Part shown: positions 28,806 through 42,800 of the stretch, piece after piece | Layout of the letters: the number at the start of each line of letters is the position of its first letter | How positions within the stretch are numbered: the first letter of the stretch is position 1 | NCBI RefSeq assembly: GCF_000150275.1 | Contig: NW_002060949.1 | Coordinates: forward strand, 4,098,449 to 4,162,448 | DNA from: Trichoplax adhaerens | Taxonomy: Eukaryota > Animalia > Placozoa | Direction of reading: 5' to 3' | Length of the DNA: 64,000 bases | Translations under genes and position numbers: made by a program | Notes under the pieces: generated by a model | What the model was told of the DNA's origin: nothing | The model's database searches: none | The model's input: the letters and a program-made list of their open reading frames with translations, nothing else

Positions 28806-30506
28806 GTCTGTCTCATTTGAGCAATTGCGAGTACGTAGCGAGTTTATTAATAACATAAGCGAATTAACTAATTATCTTATATAGCATATACATATATATT
28901 ATTATATCAATAATTAATTCTCGTCAGTATAAAATAAGATTTCAAACGATCGTAATCTCGTTGAATGAGCAATGAACGAAAGAGTCACGACATGACATGC
29001 CATAAATAATTTCACTGTTTGCTGTAATAATAATAATCAATATTGATTTCATACGCGCTTCATGTGATGCAATTACGTCATATATATCCACTTCAACCGT
29101 GTACCATCAGACAGTACTTTCCTTGTCCAAGAAATCAATCGGTCTAGCTAAATCGCAAGCATGAAAGTAATCCTGTTCTTGTCTTATTAATGTAAGTTTT
29201 CTTATTGATTGTCAATTTTACACTCAATTTAGAGTCCAGAAACTTCAATCGATCCTAGTTTCTACTCTACATGATGTAGCCAATGAGAGTTTTCAATGTA
29301 CAGTGCTCTGTAATTTGTCAAGTGTTGCTTTCTTGCCCTTATTTTAATGTCTACAAGAACCGATTTGAAAGTCAATAGCCACAGTCAGATAGGTATCATG
29401 ACTCCTCATAATCTTGACTGAAAGTTATTTCTGACAGTATTCATGAAATCGATAGTCAACACTAGATCGCAATATTGCCTTTTTCGACCAGAGTCGATTA
29501 TATATTCTACAGCACGGTAGAAATACGAGTCTAACTCTAGTCAGAAATTGATATTGAACAGCATTCAATATGCTCTTAGAAATATGAGTACAAAAGGAAA
29601 TCGTAACCAGCGACAGAGGGGCAAAAAAAAAGGAGTGAAAGCCACCCAGTTCAATACAGTTCGTGTACGTGGTAGGCATTGCCCAAGTAAATCGATAAAG
29701 TAATAGAATCCCAGGCAATCTTGATTCGACTACCGTAGCCAGTGCTTAACGCCTGATAGTGAATTAATGTAGTCGTTCATTGATAAAGTAAGTGGGATAC
29801 ATTAGTAGAATGAATTGAAATAAATTGGCAATCTTGCCTCTATCAAGCAAATCTTACGAGTGCAACTCTGCTGTCACTGAGGCAATCGTAAAAGACTGGT
29901 GGAACAGACTTCGTGTCTATGTAAAGTAAATGGATGGACCAAAGACAGATAGTCTTGCCCTTAACTAGCGTAGGATATAGAAGTACGAATGTAACGACAC
30001 AGATGCTAGAGATACTTAGTCAAGTAGACTCAATTATGAAGTAAATTGATGCAATAATAAAATCGAAAGACAGACCTTGCCTTGACTTTGACGGATAATC
30101 TAGAGCAATAGATGCATAACTGATATCCTATAAAAAGTGCAATTCAATCTACTTGTTTACCCTATATTAGTTATTTATCAAGTACGTAAATCATTGCAGT
30201 AATAAATAGAATGAAAGGAAAGAAGATAACCTAGCAAATGACTACAACTGACTGTAGAAATTCAGATGCATCTCTTACCCACACTCATGTTATTAATTAA
30301 TTTACCAGTAGGAAACATCATAGTATTCACTTCCATGGCTGATTTGATACGGGCTGATTCAATTTTATCTTTGTATCTATTTTAGTAATTAATCGACACA
30401 GCGAATTTAGAGAGAGCTACACTAAACTCAAATTTGGCCAAGACTGTACAAGCTATACGTACTGTATATATACGCTTTTGCGTCAATCAATCACCTAACC
30501 TACAAG

Positions 30507-33500
30507 ATGATATCGTCGCGCATCCAGCAGTTTATCTTAATTATACAACTGACTTTGTTGATTTGCTCATTGTGCTGTCATGGAAAGCGCAACTACATTG
30601 ACCTGCAAAGTGGCACATCCAAAAGTTTTCGCGGAAATGTTACCAATATGGCATCGAAATTTCACTACTTTCAGTATAATATTTCTTCTCCATGGAAAAA
30701 TCGGGTTAGTCCATTATCTATAGATGAATCAAGTAATATATTGCTAAATGGATTACTGTAGGTTAAGATAAAATGTACCGGTAAATATTTATTTACAATA
30801 GTTTACTAGAAGATTTACTAGTCTACTTGTAATCTGGAAATGGATATTGTATGCTTCCTTTTTGATGCTAATGAATAATATATACGAAATTAATAGATGT
30901 AAATTATACTAATGATAGATGAACACTATTCGCGTCACTACGACTTCCGATGATGCCAGTATTGCACTTCCGATCTTGGTCGTCATCCAACAAAATCGTT
31001 TTGCTACCTCATGGCAATTGCCTCTTTTAATAGAAAAGTAAGACTTCTTTAATTAATCACTTCACAAATCTTAAACTTGATCGATCAGTTGATGATCTAG
31101 AAATGATACTTGCAGTCTCAGTAGTTGTAAAATCTGCTCTGCGCTTATTGTTAGTACGGGATCCTAATTGTTAAAATCAAACTTTTACTGACGCTTGATG
31201 TTTATTAGACACTATAGCAATTCGGCTAGCAGAATTCTATGCCCGTTCGATCAAGGCCAGGTCATAAATATTGTCGTAGAATTTTCCACTTTCGCCAATG
31301 CTACTATACATTACAGCTTTACTGTAGCAACTTTGGAAAATTTCTACTTAGGGTAAGTAGACTTTCATCATGATTTTTCTATACCTACGCTTATTTTTTT
31401 GGCATTCTAAAACTACAAACTTTCTCTACAGACACCACCAAAACCATTTTATTGCCTCTCCATCATCACCTATGGTAAGCAGACTAAATATTAGATTGCA
31501 CTGAATTATTTTATTTGTCGAAGTGATAATGTACTCTCTGTAAGCTGCGCTTCAGCGTAATTTCATATGCGGTGAAGTATACAGGTTTTCCGGTAAACAA
31601 TATACCCTTGTGGTCATACATTACACTAATGTTAATGAAAGTAAATAAATACGCTGTCAAATTTTATTTATTTTCGTCTATTCGTATGGTTAAAATTATT
31701 TACTGCTGTTGTAAAAAGGCTTCAAAATAATAAAATAGGAGCTACTGCTTCCTATAGGCTTCACATTATTACATAAATTAGGCACGTCTAACAGCTACCA
31801 AGGGCTATCTGTTGTAATCTTAGACTAATTTGGGGCTGCACTACAACTTCCTATATGTGGGCTGACAAATATTTTCGACTTCTCTAATGTAAATCTTAGT
31901 CCTTACTAATACAGTTTTGTTAGAGACTTAGCAGTATCAATTTACAAATGATCGATCAATACGCTAAACGTACTCGACTAATCCACATGGATGCCAGTAA
32001 TATTCCGTTAACACTCTTGTATTTATATCATTCACTCATACCGATTAAAGTTATCGTTACTATCTTATATACTGACAGGCCTTTTGGCAATTGCTAATTC
32101 AAATCTTAATCCATATCGACGCAATTTTCTAAGTGATTATCAATATACATATGGTTAACGTAACATAACTTATACTTACTATACGCGTATATATGCATTG
32201 CACTTTTACTTTTTTAGGTATTTGCCTATAACTTCTTAACCAATGCCGATGCTGTTTCACTGACGTTAAGTTCTAAGAAGTCTTCATGCGCGGTCGTTTC
32301 TGTACAACAACCTGAGGTGAAGATAGATACATAGATGAAACAATTTCAAAAGCTTGTCATAATACTATCATTATCGTAATTACAATGTACATTAAGATTT
32401 CGTTGCTGTCTTTATTTTGATTTATAATTGGTGATAATTTCTGTATCATATTTCTTTCTCTTAGTGCCCTTTCTTTGACCAAATCGATAATATCCGTTAC
32501 GGAGGTCGATTTCAAACTATGTCAAAATCAAGTTCAATTTCAATACTAGTAATAACCATCATTTGACTGATTGTACTTTTCATTTTAGTTCCCATTTACT
32601 TTATAGTACTTAACTATCTATACGAATCATAAAGTTAAATCTCTGAAAATACTATTTGCTTGATTATTTATTCAATTTTATATTTTATGTATTTTAGCGA
32701 AAGGATTATGCGAAAGGTTTTCTTGCAATCATAGCCGTCTATGCAGACAATCCAGAATGTGAAGAAGAGATCAAATCCCACAACACTAACGCTTGTAAGA
32801 TTTATTAGTGTCCAATCTCATAGTATATCAAAATGCTGCTTAATTTAAATTATGCAGGCAATAGCATTTCCAGAAATTGAGCTTTATGTTGCAAAAGCTA
32901 TCATTTAATAATTGTACAAAATTTCTTTCAGTACTTACTAGCAAGGAAATAACAATATCGATAACGCCATCACTAGCTTGTAAGTTCTATTCTCTCCTAG
33001 ATAATTACCCCGATTTATTACCTCTGTAGTTTAATAAATTTTTCCCTACTTTCTACCATTAGACCAACGCTATACCATGCCCATCTGTTTATGTGTACTT
33101 GTATTTCTAAGTATCTACCTAATATCAGCTCTATTGCTAAAATATTGGCGCTACATGTACGAGAAGGCAATTAAGGGGATTGAAGAAAAATTAGCAAAAC
33201 AAAATGATCGTAAGGCTTTACCTTGAGTAAATAAATCGAAACTGCTAATGACATGAATTGGTAGTGTTCCACTTAATGAATACCACTTTCTTTCTTGGGA
33301 AAACTTGCAGCTACAGGTATCAATAACAGTAATCATGTTGCCAATAACAATACAGCATCGACCAATCACCAACCAGCGAATTCTACAGAGGCTGAGAGAA
33401 ATGCAAGTGAACCGGAAGTTCGACACTTAGCCTTACATGCTATAACGCTCTTCACCTTTCATAGGGATATAATTGACATTGAAACTTCTGGTAACGTTGG

Positions 33501-36500
33501 TAATGCGACTCAAGAAAGAGTACGTAGTCAATATACTCATATTCTAAGAATCTATGTAGAAGGTACATGATGTACACTGTACAGTATCAAAGGTACTATC
33601 TGGAATTATTTTTTACCGGTCTGAACTATGCCATGTGATACATTTCGTCTTTCTGCTGATACTACAGTATAGTTTTCGAATCAGTACTACCACGACAAAT
33701 AATACGATGTTTTAACCTAGCTTGTGACCATATGACGATAGCAAACGTTTAAGGTAATTTAATCGGCTTTATTGTTACAGAAGGACGTATCCGATTTAAC
33801 GCGAATAGAAAACAAGGCAAAAGTTCCAAAGGATTACTTCTGGTATTTATTATTGCAATATTTTGTTTGCGTTAGACTACACTACACAGATTTAGCATCA
33901 CTCTTACCCATTCACCTAGGTATTTATTTCTAATTGGGATATTTTACATCATACCGGCTGTTCAATTAGTATTAGTGTACCAGAATGTAAGTATATCCAC
34001 CTAGTACCTTGAGTTTTTATAGTAACTGCTTAAATACCTAATGAAGTATCAAATTTTCATAGTCTACCCTCGGTTGTTTTGTACATGTTACAGCGTAATA
34101 ATCCACTAATATTCACGTTATCCCTAGCTTGTGTTCTATTCGGGAAATGAGGATGTCTGCTACTACAATTTTAAATGTAGTCGACCTTTGGGGAGTTTGA
34201 GGTAAGAAATTGTTAAATTTTTTAAGCATTGTTATGACTATTGGAAAATCTTTCTTTAGTTGTCAAAGTTCAATATTTATTTACTAAACTGGAGTTTCAC
34301 ACTTAAGCTTTAAACGCTAGATATGTAACCCTCATTCAAGTATTCAGTAATATCCAAAATCCAACGCCTTGATTATTTTATCAATTATCTATATAAATGT
34401 ATCGCAACACTGTAAATCATCTTACAGCTAACTCGTAAAGCAATACTAATTTCAAATTTTAAAAATTCTCTTCACAATTAATATGAGTTAATGTAGCCGA
34501 GTCAGCCTTGTTCAACTTTAGATAAATTATCTATCTATTATAACTGGATAAAAAATTCAACGGAACTAATATTAGGATTTGTTAAGTAATAATTCACTAT
34601 TAGCATTACGTTTACGATAATAGATCATTCAATAGCTTCTTCAGTAACATTGGCTATATAATGTTAGGAGCCTTATTTATAATCTTGGTTTCTGGAAAGT
34701 ATGTTGAAGATCTTTTATAGCTAAGTAAAAAAGATATCTTTTTAATTTTAAGCAACACTCTGATAAAGGCCTTGTAATTGAATTTATAGAAAATATTTCT
34801 ATGTTCGGGCGGCAAATAAGTGTATCGCACTTGCCAAGGTTGTTATTGCTTTTAACCGTTATAACTAATTAATGCAATTTACAATGATTGCTGTATATAC
34901 AACTTATTATTACAATGTAATACAATCGCTATAATTTCTCATTCGGTAGGGATATGGAGTTCCACAGCGCTTTGGGCTTTATTTCACTATAGGTATTTCT
35001 TATTAAAACTATCAACGTCAGCTAATCTAGAACTGCTGTGTGAAAGTTATAGCTTAAAATATAACTTAATTGCCAGTGATTTATGTACAAAGTTTTAAAT
35101 TATTTACTTTTTTATTATTTATAATATTCGCTTGTAGAGTATGTGACTATATAAATTAATAGTCTGAGGCTAGAAGATTTTAATTGCTTACTTAACAGTA
35201 GATTTTTAAATTCTGAACATAGTAAAGAAACATTTATGTGAATAAGGATTTTGTCCTTAAATGTGATATGAAGGTCGCGTTTAATCTTAGATCAGCTTTG
35301 CAACATCAATGGGTGTATAAACAGCAAAAATTAATTGATAACGTACTCTTTCTACTTATTTTATATTTGAGAATGTATTCAAAATAGTATTATTACCCGC
35401 TCTCTACGCCCAGGTTTTGCCATGATATTAGAAGGAATCCTCAGCGCTACTTACCACATCTGTCCTAATAGATCGAATTTTCAATTTGGTAAATTAATAC
35501 TGTAATAGTTCTAATATGTTAGTAATATTACAGTCTACGGATATTAAAGGTCCTACTGTACTATTACAAGTCGATACAAGTCTGCTAGTATAGAAGTACA
35601 ATATCATACTATTCATCACGGCTGGTTCTCATTATTTAACTGATAATATCGACTCTTTGTTGCCTCATTTTACAGATACATCATTCATGTACATCATTGC
35701 TATTTTAATCATGGTCCAGCTTTATATTGTTCGTCATCCAGATTTGATCGCTAGTGCACACCTAATATTCGCTTCATTTACCATAATCGTTGGCCTATGT
35801 GTCATTGGCGTTGTAAGCTCCAAATTAATATTTTATTTTTGATGTTGAACTGCTATTTATACTTTTTAAATATATTGTGAACTAATGGCTTTGATTGAAA
35901 ATTTAGCTAACGGATGCCTCTCGAGGTGCATGGATTGCTTTCGCAGTATTTCATATCGCCGTAGTCGGTGCATTAACGATCCAATATTATCGTTTTGGAA
36001 CATTTAAATTCGGTAAGGTTTGATTTAGTAAAACCTAATGAATCATTTCAATTTTGATCCGGAATTTAGATGATGAGAAGTATTCTTTTCACTACCAGGA
36101 TTTCGTCGATACATAAATTTTCGTCTAGAGCCGCAGAAATTACATCGCTGTAACCAATTATCTCAACCTAGGGTACTCTATTTTTATGAAGTATAAATAT
36201 CTTTATTTCCGTATGCATCATTTAATTCACGTAATATTTTTAACAATATTTTCCAGGACATCGCCATCTTTATCATCTTTGTTAACTTGGTCAATGTAGG
36301 CCTGTAAGTCGTTTTAATAGCATATAAAATTGCATTTCAGAGTTATTCATAGCCATAATTATGATTTTTACGTTACTTTCTGTTTTAATCCAAGCTTTCA
36401 TTGCCATACTGATAGTATTTTTGTTATATTGTTAAAAAGGATGATATATTATCTTGCTGCAGCTCCTGAAGATTTCGGTAGTTTCATCCTGGCTATTCTT

Positions 36501-37161
36501 TTGGTTAACCTTGCCTTATATTTATTTTACTACATTTATAAAAAGGTCAATCAAATTAAAGTCTCTGTAGAGAATTCGAGTTAAAATTTTATAAACTTGT
36601 GCATTAACATCTGCTGATACGGCATTATTCAATTAGATATCCTTCCAATACTCTGAAAAAAAAACGATGCCTTGGTTACCGATGGTCTTATTTGCTATAA
36701 CAATTGCGTTATGGGGATTAGCCTTGCACTTCTATTTTCAAGCTGGATCAAACTGGCTGGTATGTAAAAATGAATGTAGTAGCAATTCGTATAGTCTCAA
36801 TTCCTTACATACAGTATGCGTAATTGTAAGTATACTAATAATTCGTCAGGTAAGAATTTTATCTTTATTGTCGTTTTTAGTATACACCTGCTAAGTCACG
36901 AGAGTACAATCGAGATTGTATAGTTATGGACTTTTATGATACTCATGATATCTGGCATATGCTTTCCGCTGGTGGAATCTTTTGCTTTCTCTTGGTAAAA
37001 TTTTACTATGCGGATATACAGTACTATGCATAAAAGATCGAGCTTTATATATAGTTGGCAATGTAATAACTGGACTTGTATTATGTTTTACTATTTAGGT
37101 CCTGTTTACGTTAGATGATGACCTTCTTGAACTCCCAAGAAACAAAATTCATCTGTTCTAA
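30507..37161 (+). CDS. sid-1: SID-1/SIDT family transmembrane protein, copy B (25 exons, ~800 aa)
   Basis: Exons: 30507-30704, 30919-31037, 31209-31352, 31432-31474, 32218-32316, 32465-32548, 32698-32794, 32932-32979, 33063-33209, 33311-33519, 33781-33842, 33920-33986, 34128-34201, 34624-34698, 34790-34838, 34950-34992, 35414-35488, 35676-35812, 35907-36012, 36099-36172, 36257-36303, 36440-36545, 36637-36759, 36881-36994, 37099-37161 (2403 nt, open). Motifs [83 protein letters not shown]...KIHLF*. Exon 10 boundaries are the least certain. Confidence 0.95.
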
Positions 37162-39893
37162 TTATCGATTATTAATAATAATTACCATTAATAACATTTA
37201 GAAACATTATAATGTTGGTAAAAAATACACTATTCCGCTGTAACGATACATTATTAAACACAATCAAAGAAATATTTATATACTTAAATCGGGTATATAT
37301 TCAAGTTTTTATGATGATTACATCCAATAGCACATGAGTCCATAATCCAAGTACTATTAATGCACAGGAAATCTTCGCACAATAATAATGATTACAATGT
37401 TTGATATGAATCTATACTAATAATTTTATTGATTCCGTAAATAATTTAAATTTTTTATCTTCTTTCCGCAAAGAAAGTGGAAAGTACCGTATCACAATTA
37501 ATTACTTTTAAAAACGTAAAATTTTATTTATAACGTAATCTAAATAAAATTAGAAAACAAAAGCTGAAATTTTTATTAAAATCGAAGTGAACTAGCGTGA
37601 GGTATTCGCTTGTAGATTTTCTGTAATTTTTCAATACATTGAAGGCACTTACAGGCGATTAGTTTCACCTAAAGGTGATACATGTGGTTATATATCACAT
37701 CCTGCAAGTGTATTGATGGCCACAATAAGACCAATCTCTGTAATCCGAGGTACGATTTATCATAAAAAAGTGGTTATTAATGCACTACAAAGTAGGAGGG
37801 AACGACTTGTATTTAGTAATGTAGCGCAGTCTCAAAAATAGCCTAGGATTAATCAGGTGGTATTTTAAAAAGTTAATTCATGCATAAAGTGAAGTTTCAC
37901 AAATTTTAGTTCTTGTTACAATATTTAAAGACACGTTATCACTTGCATTAACTGACTTCTATGCAATATTAAAAAATTTTGGAATCATGTATTAAAGAGT
38001 AGCTAATAACAAGGACCATAATTGGGTTTCAACTACTAATACTTTAGGTAAAGGCGTATGCTGCCTTATTTCATTTTTAAGCTTAGAAAAATACATACGG
38101 TCAAAGCAACTCTGGCAGCAGAATGCAGATTTATATCGTATATCGCCAAAATCATTTTTATATTAGCAGACCTACATTTATACATTAACAACTAATTGAT
38201 TATCATGCATGATAGATTGAACCTTAAGCTCAAGCTGATAGAATCCGCATAGTCAATACTTTCATCTTAAATATATTATTTTGCGTTACTGCTCTGCAAT
38301 TTGAGTTCATCATAGGAATTTTTACCCAAACTTAGGTAATACTACTGTCACAACCGAGATTGCAACATAAAAATTAATAGGGTTCTTTCCTCTAAAGTGG
38401 TCTAATCGTCTTAACTATCTAAGCAACATACTTTAAGCACCCTTTAATCTACCAAACCTAGATTCGAGTCTTAGACGATAGAATATTCACGTTAAGAATC
38501 AAAAATTTACTCTAAAAGCTACTTATTAAAATGACCGATCGAACTCACTACTTACAATCTACTACTAACAACTGATAACCATCTGTTATCGACTAACTTA
38601 TCAACCCTCTTAATTAAGAACTTCGAGGCTTTTATATAGCCTCACAAACTTCGTTGGTGCAAAACAGTAATAAATTTATAGCTAAATCTACATACTGAAT
38701 ATAATAAGGATCGCAATACACTTTCTATGACATTTAACAGTAGTTAATTAATGGCTAGGTGTTAACATATGATTCATTACTTAACAAAATTATATCGTTG
38801 ATTACGCAATAATTAATTAATTATCACAACTAATGTTATTGCAGGATGCAGATCAATCGTTTCGTAGATTACAACTTGCTAGCAAGAGCTCCTACTAGAT
38901 AACGCCATCTACGTATACAAGTCGACGCCATCATGCATCATCATATAACTTAAACCGTACACCAAACTGCATAAAATTCATATGCTAATACTTTAGCTAC
39001 AAGTATATTAGCTTATACGGGTCATCGTTTGGCAACCGAATTGAAGGACAATAAGTTCTATAGTGAGACCTCAGTAATCATAAGTGAGATGGCAGCACTA
39101 GACATTAACGGACTAGTGATATCAAGGATTTTACCCGTATTTATACATTCATATAACATTTATTTTCATGTTTTTATATGATTAAATACAGCTATACTGT
39201 GAAATAAGTATAATAATAACTCAAGATTAAAAATCATATCGTGAAGTTATAAATGGCTGATCAACAACTTGAAGATAACTCCCACTCGGATATGGACCGC
39301 TGATGAAATGGAAGCGATAATTCCTTTCATCTTTTCTTCAAGAAAAATATAGCCCTGAGTTATTTTGGCGTTCAAAATACGAGATAAACATGCCTCAAAA
39401 CTTCTTCGATCTATTACTAATCGAAAGTAATTCAATATACTATAACTATACATTCACCACCTGACCTATAAACTGATTAAAAGTAGCAGCAGGAGACAAT
39501 CAAAAGTATCCCCTTAATGAGTATAAATGAACATAATACATTATGGACCGTAACATATGGACCGTGACAATATGTCAAGATCCATATGTATATAGAAAGG
39601 ACGTACAATTAGCTATACTGAGCAAACTCGACATTTGCTTATACATAGACATAGTAGAACATAAATAGCTTGAGGAAAGAGCTATTTTGACGGCCCATCA
39701 GTCTATTTATTTATATAATTTACTAGTTTGTTTCAAAAAGATAAATCATCCCCTAATTGCAAATGTAGTCTTGCACAAAGACGATTTTGATTAGACTATT
39801 AGCATAAATTGAAAATGGCAGCTACTACTATTGCTATTTAAGTATTAAACTAACGATTGGAAGTCAGTATAGTCTAATAGAACATTTTCAGCT

Positions 39894-42800
39894 ATGGCCA
39901 CATCTATTCGCTACCAACTATTATTGCTATCATTAGGGATATCAATCTTAATTTCCATACCACGTTCATGGAGTAGTACGGCTCCTATCTTATTAGAGGA
40001 TGGAAGTAAGGTAATATTGGAAGGAAATGTCTCTAACCAGTCGCCCTCTCGCTATTTCTTCTCCTTCAATGTATCCAACATTATTAACAACGTAAGTAAT
40101 ATTGATCTACAGCTAATAGGAACAACTATAGCTATTACCCATTATTATCATAAAGCTTTCAGACTAAATCAAGAAACTGATGGTGAATTATTCACTAGAA
40201 AAAGTTCACCTTTGTGATATCATTTATGGATAAGAGTATCTATAGTAGTATTCTATTCTATTGGATGCTTTAAGACTGAAAATGATTTGTTGTTGCATTT
40301 ATTTTATTTTTACTTTACGTAATGCAGATATCAAGTATTCGTATTACAACCACATCTTTTGATGCAGACAGTCAATATCCGGTTCAAGTCCTTGTAAGAC
40401 AGTATCGCCATATCTCATCTTGGCAGTTACCATTAATGATTCAAAAGTAGGCTTGACATCACCCTTTCCATCGTGCACTATAAGTCATAATTGCACATTG
40501 GATTAAATCATAATAGCTAAACGAAATTACTGTTTATAGTCTTAATTAGAATTAACTTTTAACCCTGGCCAACCATTTTGATCTTCTCTATCTACTCCTT
40601 TACTATTTAGACAAGCCACCCATACAGTAAGCAAGACGCTGTGCCCTTTCGATCAGAGAAAATTCAATCAATTTGTAGTTGAATTTTTTACGTATTCCAG
40701 TAATATTTCAAACTATGAATTAGTGGTAGAAATGATAGGCGATTTTTACTTGAGGTAAAGAGAACACTTCTATTACATAGAAGATAATATGCAAAAATTT
40801 TGACGTCCTTACGCCTGAATTATCCTATGCAGTAGAAATGATGTAAACTGTAAACTGTATACATTTTATTTCATATTCCAAATCCTCTATTTGGCAGTTT
40901 TTTATCGGAGAATTTTTTAGCTACTCCATCCGCACCTGTGGTTAGTGTAATACTTTTACTTTTAAGTAGTCATATTCTCACGAAAGATTCAGTAGCGTAG
41001 ATCTTAACCAATTGATCATCATTATATGCAAAAAAGGTCTTTGGCTATCGCATTCCAAATGAGGATCAAAACGTTATGCTTAAATTCAGCTCCAAGACCA
41101 CCACATGTGCTGTAGTCTCCATTCAAAAGGCTGAGGTAAATAGACCACATTGAACTTCAATTCGTTAGGAAATATAGAATGATATCATTTAAAATAATGG
41201 AGTCAATGATACTTATTCTATCATAATCTAAAATGACAAAGTATACCTATTTTACGGTAGTCTAAACGTGTTCTTGTTCGTAGGCTCCTACGTACTTTTA
41301 TTACTCTCTATTTTAAAGGCTACTTTTCAATATAATGTAATGAAGGCTTTTAGTACCAGGAATGAAATTTTAAAGCCACTATTAATGCAAAGTAATGAAT
41401 CATTTTATGATATTTAGTGTCCGTATTTCGATGAAATTAGCAATATCCGATATAGTGGTCGATATCAAACCATGTTAACATCCAGCGGGCTCACTCTAAA
41501 GGTGCAGTAATATATTTCGTCCAGATTAGTTTTGAAATATGAACAGTTTAAAAATAGCATTACAGAATAACTAGATGCAATCTAAAAGTACAGTAGATGG
41601 TAAATTTTAGCTATACCATCATGAATTGAAAAATTATATTTTATTCATTTAATGCCCAGCCTAGCGACTTTGGCCCAAGAGTAGTTGTTATTATGGCCGT
41701 TTATCCGAATAACAATGAATGTATAGATAATCCTCCAGCAATCCCTTCTACATCCCCACCTGGATCTAAAATTTTATTTGGTAAGTGGATAAAAAACTGA
41801 GCTATAGGCGATCATAAAACACAACATAAAATTGACGCAGGTTTTCTTCTAATCATACGGTATCCAACAAAGTAGAGTCGCTTTATAGCTATCGTTTCAT
41901 GACATAATACTAAATCGATATTAACCAAGTATCTGATCGGATGCCAATACGCATTTTATTCAAAAAACACAAAATATTATTATTCTAGAAGAGATTTCCA
42001 AGAATATTACAGTTACTATGGAGTATTTAATACCCGGTAAGTTGCTTAATTGTGGAAACACAAAGAATTGAACTGTAATTAAAATATATTTCATGTCTTT
42101 AGCTAAATGTACTACGTGCGTATGGTTTAGCAACGGAGTTAATTACAGGCCTTTTTTAATTAATTAGCCAAATCCTACTGGATACCTATTCTAGCCATTA
42201 TTGGTATATTTACGGTAGTCTACGCATTAACACTGCCCATGATCTATTACTGGAAACAGCTATACAAAAATGCTGTAGTTATAGTCCAGCTCCAAGAATT
42301 AAATCGAGCTTCAAGTAAGTTTTGTCAATATAATTAATTACCAATTATTCATGCATAAAATTCCTATACAGATGTAATAAAGCATTTATTTTCTCCACAA
42401 TTGATAAAATGCAGTCTTATACTGATTGATACTAATTGTGTTTCATGAATACCGTTTCTCCATGTTGATGTACGATTAAGAAGCAGTGAGTCAGCAAAAC
42501 AACAACAAGGATGTTTTCGACAGTGTTAGTCTGCTAGCCAAATAGCATATCATCATATTAGAGTGAATGCGGTATAATTTACGGTTTTACGGACTTTTAA
42601 TTATAATTACTATTCCATTTCTTGCTATTATTTAGCCAATTATATATGTGTCTGATCTTTCTAAAAAAGTGGACGAAAAAAATGTTGCTCGCCGATATTT
42701 CTGGTATAAAGTACAGCAAAAGAAATACTCTCACTTTAAACTATCTTTGTTATATCTATGCTAATAAGATTATCTCGGTTAATAGGTACTTGATTATTAT

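Noticed and set aside
28240-28884. 139-aa and 61-aa ORFs between SID-1 copies A and B
   Set aside because: Non-ATG starts, no recognisable motif, composition partly driven by TACAGTA-type low complexity.
29425-29718. 97-aa minus ORF and a short basic plus-strand ORF (MSTKGNRNQRQRGKKKG...)
   Set aside because: No supportable homology or splice context; both can arise from a purine-skewed tract.
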